Assembly (NCBI GenBank): GCA_964057225.1
Contig: OZ059898.1
Coordinates: forward strand, 2,046,001 to 2,110,000
Source: Auanema rhodensis
Lineage: Eukaryota; Animalia; Nematoda
DNA: 64,000 nt
Reading direction: 5' to 3'
Made by a program: the position numbers and the translations under genes
Notes under the pieces: model-generated
Told to the model about the DNA's origin: nothing
The model's database searches: none
The model's input: the letters and a program-made list of their open reading frames with translations, nothing else
In this document: positions 53,001 to 64,000 of the stretch, one piece after another
Layout: each line of letters starts with the position of its first letter
Numbering within the stretch: the first letter of the stretch is position 1

Positions 53001-56000
53001 TCGATGCGGATTTTTAAGCTGCGTCGATCTGTGTTATCAGATTTGCGCTAGCTTAAAAATGCACCGTGAAATCAACTGATATAAGTTCACACTTATATCC
53101 TCGATTTTCACCCTGAAGAATTAATTTTTTCGTTGAATAACATTGTCCATCGTCTTTGCCTTGAAAAAAGGAATCTAAAAACATCTACTTTTTGCTAAAT
53201 TATTTTGAAATTTTTCGAAAAAATTTTTGTCAAAATGTTTTTGGAAGCAATGTTGAGTGTACATGGAAACTCAACATACACTAATGCATCATTTTTCAAA
53301 CGATCATAACTAATTTTTGTATTAAGCGTTTCTCAATGTAGTATAGTGCATTCGATGCGGATTTTTAAGCTGCGTCGATCTGTGTTATCAGATTTGCGCT
53401 AGCTTAAAAATGCACCGAGATATCAACAGATATAAGTTCACACTTATATCCTCGATTTTCACCCTGAAGATTTAATTTTTTCGTTGAATAACATTGTCCA
53501 TCGTCTTTGCCTTGAAAAATGGAATCTAAAAACATCTACTTTTTGCTAAATTATTTTGAAATTTTTCGAAAAAATTTTTGTCAAAATGTTTTTGGAAGCA
53601 ATGTTGAGTGTACATGGAAACTCAACATACACTAATGCATCATTTTTCAAACGATCATAACTAATTTTTGTATTAAGCGTTTCTCAATGTAGTATAGTGC
53701 ATTCGATGCGGATTTTTAAGCTGCGTCGATCTGTGTTATCAGATTTGCGCTAGCTTAAAAATGCACCGAGATATCAACTGATATAAGTTCACACTTATAT
53801 CCTCAATTTTCACCCTGAAGATTTAATTTTTTCGTTGAATAACATTGTCCATCGTCTTTGCCTTGAAAAATGGAATCTAAAAACATCTATTTTTTGCTAA
53901 ATTATTTTGAAATTTTTCGAAAAAATTTTTGTCAAAATGTTTTTGGAAGCAATGTTGAGTGTACATGGAAACTCAACATACACTAATGCATCATTTTTCA
54001 AACGATCATAACTAATTTTTGTATTAAGCGTTTCTCAATGTAGTATAGTGCATTCGATGCGGATTTTTGAGCTGCGTCGATCTGTGTTATCAGATTTGCG
54101 CTAGCTTAAAAATGCACCGAGATATCAACTGATATAAGTTCACACTTATATCCTCGATTTTCACCCTGAAGATTTAATTTTTTCGTTGAATAACAATGTC
54201 CATCGTCTTTGCCTTGAAAAATGGAATCTAAAAACATCTACTTTTTGCTAAATTATTTTGAAATTTTTCGAAAAAATTTTTGTCAAAATGTTTTTGGAAG
54301 CAATGTTGAGTGTACATGGAAACTCAACATACACTAATGCATCATTTTTCAAACGATCATAACTAATTTTTGTATTAAGCGTTTCTCAATGTAGTATAGT
54401 GCATTCGATGCGGATTTTCAAGCTGCGTCGATCTGTGTTATCAGATTTGCGCTAGCTTAAAAATGCACCGAGATATCAACTGATATAAGTTCACACTTAT
54501 ATCCTCGATTTTCACCCTGAAGAATTAATTTTTTTGTTGAATAACATTGTCCATCGTCTTTGCCTTGAAAAAAGAAATCTAAAAACATCTACTTTTTGCT
54601 AAATTATTTTGAAATTTTTCGAAAAAATTTTTGTCAAAATGTTTTTGGAAGCAATGTTGAGTGTACATGGAAACTCAACATACACTAATGCATCATTTTT
54701 CAAACGATCATAACTAATTTTTGTATTAAGCGTTTTTCAATGTAGTATAGTGCATTCGATGCGGATTTTCAAGCTGCGTCGATCTGTGTTATCAGATTTG
54801 CGCTAGCTTAAAAATGCACCGAGATATCAACTGATATAAGTTCACACTTATATCCTCGATTTTCACCCTGAAGAATTAATTTTTTTGTTGAATAACATTG
54901 TCCATCGTCTTTGCCTTGAAAAAAGAAATCTAAAAACATCTACTTTTTGCTAAATTATTTTGAAATTTTTCGAAAAAATTTTTGTCAAAATGTTTTTGGA
55001 AGCAATGTTGAGTGTACATGGAAACTCAACATACACTAATGCATCATTTTTCAAACGATCATAACTAATTTTTGTATTAAGCGTTTTTCAATGTAGTATA
55101 GTGCATTCGATGCGGATTTTCAAGCTGCGTCGATCTGTGTTATCAGATTTGCGCTAGCTTAAAAATGCACCGAGATATCAACTGATATAAGTTCACACTT
55201 ATATCCTCGATTTTCACCCTGAAGAATTAATTATTTTGTTGAATAACATTGTCCATCGTCTTTGCCTTAAAAAAAGAAATCTAAAAACATCTACTTTTTG
55301 CTAAATTATTTTGAAATTTTTCGAAAAAATTTTTGTCAAAATGTTTTTGGAAGCAATGTTGAGTGTACATGGAAACTCAACATACACTAATGCATCATTT
55401 TTCAAACGATCATAACTAATTTTTGTATTAAGCGTTTCTCAATGTAGTATAGTGCATTCGATGCGAATTTTTAAGCTGCGTCGATCTGTGTTATCAGATT
55501 TGCGCTAGCTTAAAAATGCACCGTGAAATCAACTGATATAAGTTCACACTTATATCCTCGATTTTCACCCTGAAGAATTAATTTTTTCGTTGAATAACAT
55601 TGTCCATCGTCTTTGCCCTGAAAAAAGAAATCTAAAAACATCTACTTTTTGCTAAATTATTTTGAAATTTTTCGAAAAAATTTTTGTCAAAATGTTTTTG
55701 GAAGCAATGTTGAGTGTACATGGAAACTCAACATACACTAATGCATCATTTTTCAAACGATCATAACTAATTTTTGTATTAAGCGTTTCTCAATGTAGTA
55801 TAGTGCATTCGATGCGGATTTTTAAGCTGCGTCGATCTGTGTTATCAGATTTGCGCTAGCTTAAAAATGCACCGAGATATCAACTGATATAAGTTCACAC
55901 TTATATCCTCGATTTTCACCCTGAAGATTTAATTTTTTCGTTGAATAACATTGTCCATCGTCTTTGCCTTGAAAAATGGAATCTAAAAACATCTACTTTT

Positions 56001-58966
56001 TGCTAAATTATTTTGAAATTTTTCGAAAAAATTTTTGTCAAAATGTTTTTGGAAGCAATGTTGAGTGTACATGGAAACTCAACATACACTAATGCATCAT
56101 TTTTCAAACGATCATAACTAATTTTTGTATTAAGCGTTTCTCAATGTAGTATAGTGCATTCGATGCGGATTTTTAAGCTGCGTCGATCTGTGTTATCAGA
56201 TTTGCGCTAGCTTAAAAATGCACCGAGATATCAACTGATATAAGTTCACACATATATCCTCGATTTTCACCCTGAAGAATTAATTTTTTTGTTGAATAAC
56301 ATTGTCCATCGTCTTTGCCTTGAAAAAAGGAATCTAAAAACATCTACTTTTTGCTAAATTATTTTGAAATTTTTCGAAAAAATTTTTGTCAAAATGTTTT
56401 TGGAAGCAATGTTGAGTGTACATGGAAACTCAACATACACTAATGCATCATTTTTCAAACGATCATAACTAATTTTTGTATTAAGCGTTTCTCAATGTAG
56501 TATAGTGCATTCGATGCGGATTTTTAAGCTGCGTCGATCTGTGTTATCAGATTTGCGCTAGCTTAAAAATGCACCGAGATATCAACTGATATAAGTTCAC
56601 ACTTATATCCTCGATTTTCACCCTGAAGAATTAATTTTTTCGTTGAATAACATTGTCCATCGTTTTTGCCTTGAAAAAAGGAATCTAAAAACATCTACTT
56701 TTTGCTAAATTATTTTGAAATTTTTCGAAAAAATTTTTGTCAAAATGTTTTTGGAAGCAATGTTGAGTGTACATGGAAACTCAACATACACTAATGCATC
56801 ATTTTTCAAACGATCATAACTAATTTTTGTATTAAGCGTTTCTCAATGTAGTATAGTGCATTCGATGCGGATTTTTAAGCTGCGTCGATCTGTGTTATCA
56901 GATTTGCGCTAGCTTAAAAATGCACCGAGATATCAACTGATATAAGTTCACACTTATATCCTCGATTTTCACCCTGAAGATTTAATTTTTTCGTTGAATA
57001 ACATTGTCCATCGTCTTTGCCTTAAAAAATGGAATCTAAAAACATCTACTTTTTGCTAAATTATTTTGAAATTTTTCGAAAAAATTTTTGTCAAAATGTT
57101 TTTGGAAGCAATGTTGAGTGTACATGGAAACTCAACATACACTAATGCATCATTTTTCAAACGATCATAACTAATTTTTGTATTAAGCGTTTCTCAATGT
57201 AGTATAGTGCATTCGATGCGGATTTTTAAGCTGCGTCGATCTGTGTTATCAGATTTGCGCTAGCTTAAAAATGCACCGAGATATCAACTGATATAAGTTC
57301 ACACTTATATCCTCGATTTTCACCCTGAAGAATTAATTTTTTCGTTGAATAACATTGTCCATCGTTTTTGCCTTGAAAAAAGGAATCTAAAAACATCTAC
57401 TTTTTGCTAAATTATTTTGAAATTTTTCGAAAAAATTTTTGTCAAAATGTTTTTGGAAGCAATGTTGAGTGTACATGGAAACTCAACATACACTAATGCA
57501 TCATTTTTCAAACGATCATAACTAATTTTTGTATTAAGCGTTTCTCAATGTAGTATAGTGCATTCGATGCGGATTTTTAAGCTGCGTCGATCTGTGTTAT
57601 CAGATTTGCGCTAGCTTAAAAATGCACCGAGATATCAACTGATATAAGTTCACACTTATATCCTCGATTTTCACCCTGAAGAATTAATTTTTTCGTTGAA
57701 TAACATTGTCCATCGTTTTTGCCTTGAAAAAAGGAATCTAAAAACATCTACTTTTTGCTAAATTATTTTGAAATTTTTCGAAAAAATTTTTGTCAAAATG
57801 TTTTTGGAAGCAATGTTGAGTGTACATGGAAACTCAACATACACTAATGCATCATTTTTCAAACGATCATAACTAATTTTTGTATTAAGCGTTTCTCAAT
57901 GTAGTATAGTGCATTCGATGCGGATTTTTAAGCTGCGTCGATCTGTGTTATCAGATTTGCGCTCGTAAAAAATGCACCGAGATATCAACTGATATAAGTT
58001 CACACTTATATCCTCGATTTTCACCCTGAAGATTTAATTTTTTCGTTGAATAACATTGTCCATCGTCTTTGCCTTGAAAAATGGAATCTAAAAACATCTA
58101 CTTTTTGCTAAATTATTTTGAAATTTTTCGAAAAAATTTTTGTCAAAATGTTTTTGGAAGCAATGTTGAGTGTACATGGAAACTCAACATACACTAATGC
58201 ATCATTTTTCAAACGATCATAACTAATTTTTGTATTAAGCGTTTCTCAATGTAGTATAGTGCATTCGATGCGGATTTTTAAGCTGCGTCGATCTGTGTTA
58301 TCAGATTTGCGCTAGCTTAAAAATGCACCGAGATATCAACTGATATAAGTTCACACATATATCCTCGATTTTCACCCTGAAGAATTAATTTTTTTGTTGA
58401 ATAACATTGTCCATCGTCTTTGCCTTGAAAAAAGGAATCTAAAAACATCTACTTTTTGCTAAATTATTTTGAAATTTTTCGAAAAAATTTTTGTCAAAAT
58501 GTTTTTGGAAGCAATGTTGAGTGTACATGGAAACTCAACATACACTAATGCATCATTTTTCAAACGATCATAACTAATTTTTGTATTAAGCGTTTCTCAA
58601 TGTAGTATAGTGCATTCGATGCGGATTTTTAAGCTGCGTCGATCTGTGTTATCAGATTTGCGCTAGCTTAAAAATGCACCGAGATATCAACTGATATAAG
58701 TTCACACATATATCCTCGATTTTCACCCTGAAGAATTAATTTTTTTGTTGAATAACATTGTCCATCGTCTTTGCCTTGAAAAAAGGAATCTAAAAACATC
58801 TACTTTTTGCTAAATTATTTTGAAATTTTTCGAAAAAATTTTTGTCAAAATGTTTTTGGAAGCAATGTTGAGTGTACATGGAAACTCAACATACACTAAT
58901 GCATCATTTTTCAAACGATCATAACTAATTTTTGTATTAAGCGTTTCTCAATGTATTATAGTGCAT

Positions 58967-61900
58967 TCGATGCGGATTTTTAAGCTGCGTCGATCTGTGT
59001 TATCAGATTTGCGCTAGCTTAAAAATGCACCGTGAAATCAACTGATATAAGTTCACACTTATATCCTCGATTTTCACCCTGAAGAATTAATTTTTTCGTT
59101 GAATAACATTGTCCATCGTCTTTGCCTTAAAAAAAGGAATCTAAAAACATCTACTTTTTGCTAAATTATTTTGAAATTTTTCGAAAAAATTTTTGTCAAA
59201 ATGTTTTTGGAAGCAATGTTGAGTGTACATGGAAACTCAACATACACTAATGCATCATTTTTCAAACGATCATAACTAATTTTTGTATTAAGCGTTTCTC
59301 AATGTAGTATAGTGCATTCGATGCGGATTTTTAAGCTGCGTCGATCTGTGTTATCAGATTTGCGCTAGCTTAAAAATGCACCGAGATATCAACTTATATA
59401 AGTTCACACTTATATCCTCGATTTTCACCCTGAAGATTTAATTTTTTCGTTGAATAACATTGTCCATCGTCTTTGCCTTGAAAAATGGAATCTAAAAACA
59501 TCTACTTTTTGCTAAATTATTTTGAAATTTTTCGAAAAAATTTTTGTCAAAATGTTTTTGGAAGCAATGTTGAGTGTACATGGAAACTCAACATACACTA
59601 ATGCATCATTTTTCAAACGATCATAACTAATTTTTGTATTAAGCGTTTCTCAATGTAGTATAGTGCATTCGATGCGGATTTTTAAGCTGCGTCGATCTGT
59701 GTTATCAGATTTGCGCTAGCTTAAAAATGCACCGAGATATCAACTGATATAAGTTCACACTTATATCCTCGATTTTGACCCTGAAGAATTAATTTTTTCG
59801 TTGAATAACATTGTCCATCGTCTTCGCCTTGAAAAAAGGAATCTAAAAACATCTACTTTTTGCTAAATTATTTTGAAATTTTTCGAAAAAATTTTTGTCA
59901 AAATGTTTTTGGAAGCAATGTTGAGTGTACATGGAAACTCAACATACACTAATGCATCATTTTTCAAACGATCATAACTAATTTTTGTATTAAGCGTTTC
60001 TCAATGTAGTATAGTGCATTCGATGCGGATTTTTAAGCTGCGTCGATCTGTGTTATCAGATTTGCGCTAGCTTAAAAATGCACCGTGAAATCAACTGATA
60101 TAAGTTCACACTTATATCCTCGATTTTCACCCTGAAGAATTAATTTTTTCGTTGAATAACATTGTCCATCGTCTTTGCCTTGAAAAAAGGAATCTAAAAA
60201 CATCTACTTTTTGCTTAATTATTTTGAAATTTTTCGAAAAAATTTTTGTCAAAATGTTTTTGGAAGCAATGTTGAGTGTACATGGAAACTCAACATACAC
60301 TAATGCATCATTTTTCAAACGATCATAACTAATTTTTGTATTAAGCGTTTCTCAATGTAGTATAGTGCATTCGATGCGGATTTTTAAGCTGCGTCGATCT
60401 GTGTTATCAGATTTGCGCTAGCTTAAAAATGCACCGAGATATCAACTTATATAAGTTCACACTTATATCCTCGATTTTCACCCTGAAGATTTAATTTTTT
60501 CGTTGAATAACATTGTCCATCGTCTTTGCCTTGAAAAATGGAATCTAAAAACATCTACTTTTTGCTAAATTATTTTGAAATTTTTCGAAAAAATTTTTGT
60601 CAAAATGTTTTTGGAAGCAATGTTGAGTGTACATGGAAACTCAACATACACTAATGCATCATTTTTCAAACGATCATAACTAATTTTTGTATTAAGCGTT
60701 TCTCAATGTAGTATAGTGCATTCGATGCGGATTTTTAAGCTGCGTCGATCTGTGTTATCAGATTTGCGCTAGCTTAAAAATGCACCGAGATATCAACTGA
60801 TATAAGTTCACACTTATATCCTCGATTTTGACCCTGAAGAATTAATTTTTTCGTTGAATAACATTGTCCATCGTCTTCGCCTTGAAAAAAGGAATCTAAA
60901 AACATCTACTTTTTGCTAAATTATTTTGAAATTTTTCGAAAAAATTTTTGTCAAAATGTTTTTGGAAGCAATGTTGAGTGTACATGGAAACTCAACATAC
61001 ACTAATGCATCATTTTTCAAACGATCATAACTAATTTTTGTATTAAGCGTTTCTCAATGTAGTATAGTGCATTCGATGCGGATTTTTAAGCTGCGTCGAT
61101 CTGTGTTATCAGATTTGCGCTAGCTTAAAAATGCACCGTGAAATCAACTGATATAAGTTCACACTTATATCCTCGATTTTCACCCTGAAGAATTAATTTT
61201 TTCGTTGAATAACATTGTCCATCGTCTTTGCCTTGAAAAAAGGAATCTAAAAACATCTACTTTCTGCTAAATTATTTTGAAATTTTTCGAAAAAATTTTT
61301 GTCAAAATGTTTTTGGAAGCAATGTTGAGTGTACATGGAAACTCAACATACACTAATGCATCATTTTTCAAACGATCATAACTAATTTTTGTATTAAGCG
61401 TTTCTCAATGTATTATAGTGCATTCGATGCGGATTTTTAAGCTGCGTCGATCTGTGTTATCAGATTTGCGCTAGCTTAAAAATGCACCGTGAAATCAACT
61501 GATATAAGTTCACACTTATATCCTCGATTTTCACCCTGAAGAATTAATTTTTTCGTTGAATAACATTGTCCATCGTCTTTGCCTTGAAAAAAGGAATCTA
61601 AAAACATCTACTTTTTGCTAAATTATTTTGAAATTTTTCGAAAAAATTTTTGTCAAAATGTTTTTGGAAGCAATGTTGAGTGTACATGGAAACTCAACAT
61701 ACACTAATGCATCATTTTTCAAACGATCATAACTAATTTTTGTATTAAGCGTTTCTCAATGTAGTATAGTGCATTCGATGCGGATTTTTAAGCTGCGTCG
61801 ATCTGTGTTATCAGATTTGCGCTAGCTTAAAAATGCACCGAGATATCAACTGATATAAGTTCACACTTATATCCTCGATTTTGACCCTGAAGAATTAATT

Positions 61901-64000
61901 TTTTCGTTGAATAACATTGTCCATCGTCTTCGCCTTGAAAAAAGGAATCTAAAAACATCTACTTTTTGCTAAATTATTTTGAAATTTTTCGAAAAAATTT
62001 TTGTCAAAATGTTTTTGGAAGCAATGTTGAGTGTACATGGAAACTCAACATACACTAATGCATCATTTTTCAAACGATCATAACTAATTTTTGTATTAAG
62101 CGTTTCTCAATGTAGTATAGTGCATTCGATGCGGATTTTTAAGCTGCGTCGATCTGTGTTATCAGATTTGCGCTAGCTTAAAAATGCACCGTGAAATCAA
62201 CTGATATAAGTTCACACTTATATCCTCGATTTTCACCCTGAAGAATTAATTTTTTCGTTGAATAACATTGTCCATCGTCTTTGCCTTGAAAAAAGGAATC
62301 TAAAAACATCTACTTTTTGCTAAATTATTTTGAAATTTTTCGAAAAAATTTTTGTCAAAATGTTTTTGGAAGCAATGTTGAGTGTACATGGAAACTCAAC
62401 ATACACTAATGCATCATTTTTCAAACGATCATAACTAATTTTTGTATTAAGCGTTTCTCAATGTAGTATAGTGCATTCGATGCGGATTTTTAAGCTGCGT
62501 CGATCTGTGTTATCAGATTTGCGCTAGCTTAAAAATGCACCGAGATATCAACTTATATAAGTTCACACTTATATCCTCGATTTTCACCCTGAAGATTTAA
62601 TTTTTTCGTTGAATAACATTGTCCATCGTCTTTGCCTTGAAAAATGGAATCTAAAAACATCTACTTTTTGCTAAATTATTTTGAAATTTTTCGAAAAAAT
62701 TTTTGTCAAAATGTTTTTGGAAGCAATGTTGAGTGTACATGGAAACTCAACATACACTAATGCATCATTTTTCAAACGATCATAACTAATTTTTGTATTA
62801 AGCGTTTCTCAATGTAGTATAGTGCATTCGATGCGGATTTTTAAGCTGCGTCGATCTGTGTTATCAGATTTGCGCTAGCTTAAAAATGCACCGAGATATC
62901 AACTGATATAAGTTCACACTTATATCCTCGATTTTGACCCTGAAGAATTAATTTTTTCGTTGAATAACATTGTCCATCGTCTTCGCCTTGAAAAAAGGAA
63001 TCTAAAAACATCTACTTTTTGCTAAATTATTTTGAAATTTTTCGAAAAAATTTTTGTCAAAATGTTTTTGGAAGCAATGTTGAGTGTACATGGAAACTCA
63101 ACATACACTAATGCATCATTTTTCAAACGATCATAACTAATTTTTGTATTAAGCGTTTCTCAATGTAGTATAGTGCATTCGATGCGGATTTTTAAGCTGC
63201 GTCGATCTGTGTTATCAGATTTGCGCTAGCTTAAAAATGCACCGTGAAATCAACTGATATAAGTTCACACTTATATCCTCGATTTTCACCCTGAAGAATT
63301 AATTTTTTCGTTGAATAACATTGTCCATCGTCTTTGCCTTGAAAAAAGGAATCTAAAAACATCTACTTTTTGCTAAATTATTTTGAAATTTTTCGAAAAA
63401 ATTTTTGTCAAAATGTTTTTGGAAGCAATGTTGAGTGTACATGGAAACTCAACATACACTAATGCATCATTTTTCAAACGATCATAACTAATTTTTGTAT
63501 TAAGCGTTTCTCAATGTAGTATAGTGCATTCGATGCGGATTTTTAAGCTGCGTCGATCTGTGTTATCAGATTTGCGCTAGCTTAAAAATGCACCGAGATA
63601 TCAACTTATATAAGTTCACACTTATATCCTCGATTTTCACCCTGAAGATTTAATTTTTTCGTTGAATAACATTGTCCATCGTCTTTGCCTTGAAAAATGG
63701 AATCTAAAAACATCTACTTTTTGCTAAATTATTTTGAAATTTTTCGAAAAAATTTTTGTCAAAATGTTTTTGGAAGCAATGTTGAGTGTACATGGAAACT
63801 CAACATACACTAATGCATCATTTTTCAAACGATCATAACTAATTTTTGTATTAAGCGTTTCTCAATGTAGTATAGTGCATTCGATGCGGATTTTTAAGCT
63901 GCGTCGATCTGTGTTATCAGATTTGCGCTAGCTTAAAAATGCACCGAGATATCAACTGATATAAGTTCACACTTATATCCTCGATTTTGACCCTGAAGAA
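58967..64000. repeat. 3-monomer HOR, about 5 copies, period 1053 bp, continuing past the window end
   Basis: The cycle is J / 78T+H / 109G+158C. 109G is in M171, 174, 177, 180, 183 and 78T in M170, 173, 179, 182. Confidence 0.92.

Larger units (their letters stand above)
1..64000. repeat. Tandem satellite DNA array, 351-bp monomer, about 182.3 copies, single orientation, runs off both window ends
   Basis: TCGATGCGGA recurs at 1, 352, 703, 1054 ... 63881. The final start equals 1+182x351-2, consistent with +1 insertions in M16 and M32 and -1 deletions in M50, M59, M84 and M166. No unique sequence seen. Confidence 0.99.
37374..64000. repeat. Variant domain 3 (M107-M183): types H, I and J, closer to consensus
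   Basis: H = 120T+169T (GAAGATTT/AAAATGG), I = 131T and J = 67T+70A (CCGTGAAAT). These types are not seen before about 37.3 kb. Confidence 0.88.

Noticed and set aside
60127-60318. 63-aa minus-strand ORF
   Set aside because: It begins at TTG and exists only because a private A>T at 60216 turns the consensus TAG into AAG in one monomer. Type-A monomers also lose this stop but lack the TTG. No recognisable domain.
1-64000. CRISPR array or other repeat-spacer system
   Set aside because: The hairpins resemble direct repeats, but the sequence between them is the same in every copy. There are no variable spacers and no cas genes.
1-64000. Giant repetitive protein (351 = 117 codons keeps frame)
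   Set aside because: The ORF track shows no long ORF in any frame, and the frame I checked has several stops per monomer.
1-64000. Pure assembly or concatemer artefact
   Set aside because: Linked, hierarchically ordered SNP haplotypes are not expected from random error, though individual duplications still need read support.

Overview
The whole window is one uninterrupted head-to-tail satellite DNA array: 182 complete copies plus a 120-bp partial copy of a 351-bp monomer (about 31% GC, hand count 110/351). I number monomers M1..M183 from position 1; 'pos' means position within the monomer. Copies differ from the consensus by 0-7 substitutions. I found only six 1-bp indels (two insertions, four deletions), and no inversions, transposons, genes, RNA genes or CRISPR spacers. 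The single ORF is a chance read-through. The interest is at two scales. (1) The monomer is tiled with four inverted-repeat elements, and one common two-base variant extends one of them in exact register. (2) Diagnostic SNPs split the array into three variant domains (about 1-15.4 kb, 15.4-37.4 kb and 37.4-64 kb). These hold nested local higher-order repeats (HORs: 3-, 4-, 5-, 6-, 7-, 9- and 14/16-mer), an 11,932-bp-offset duplication, mappable chimeric junction monomers and an in-register replacement. This fits a recently homogenised eukaryotic (peri)centromeric or heterochromatic satellite. An insect such as a tenebrionid beetle is my low-confidence guess. I see no support for a new protein-coding system. 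All variant typing was by eye and should be confirmed by alignment.
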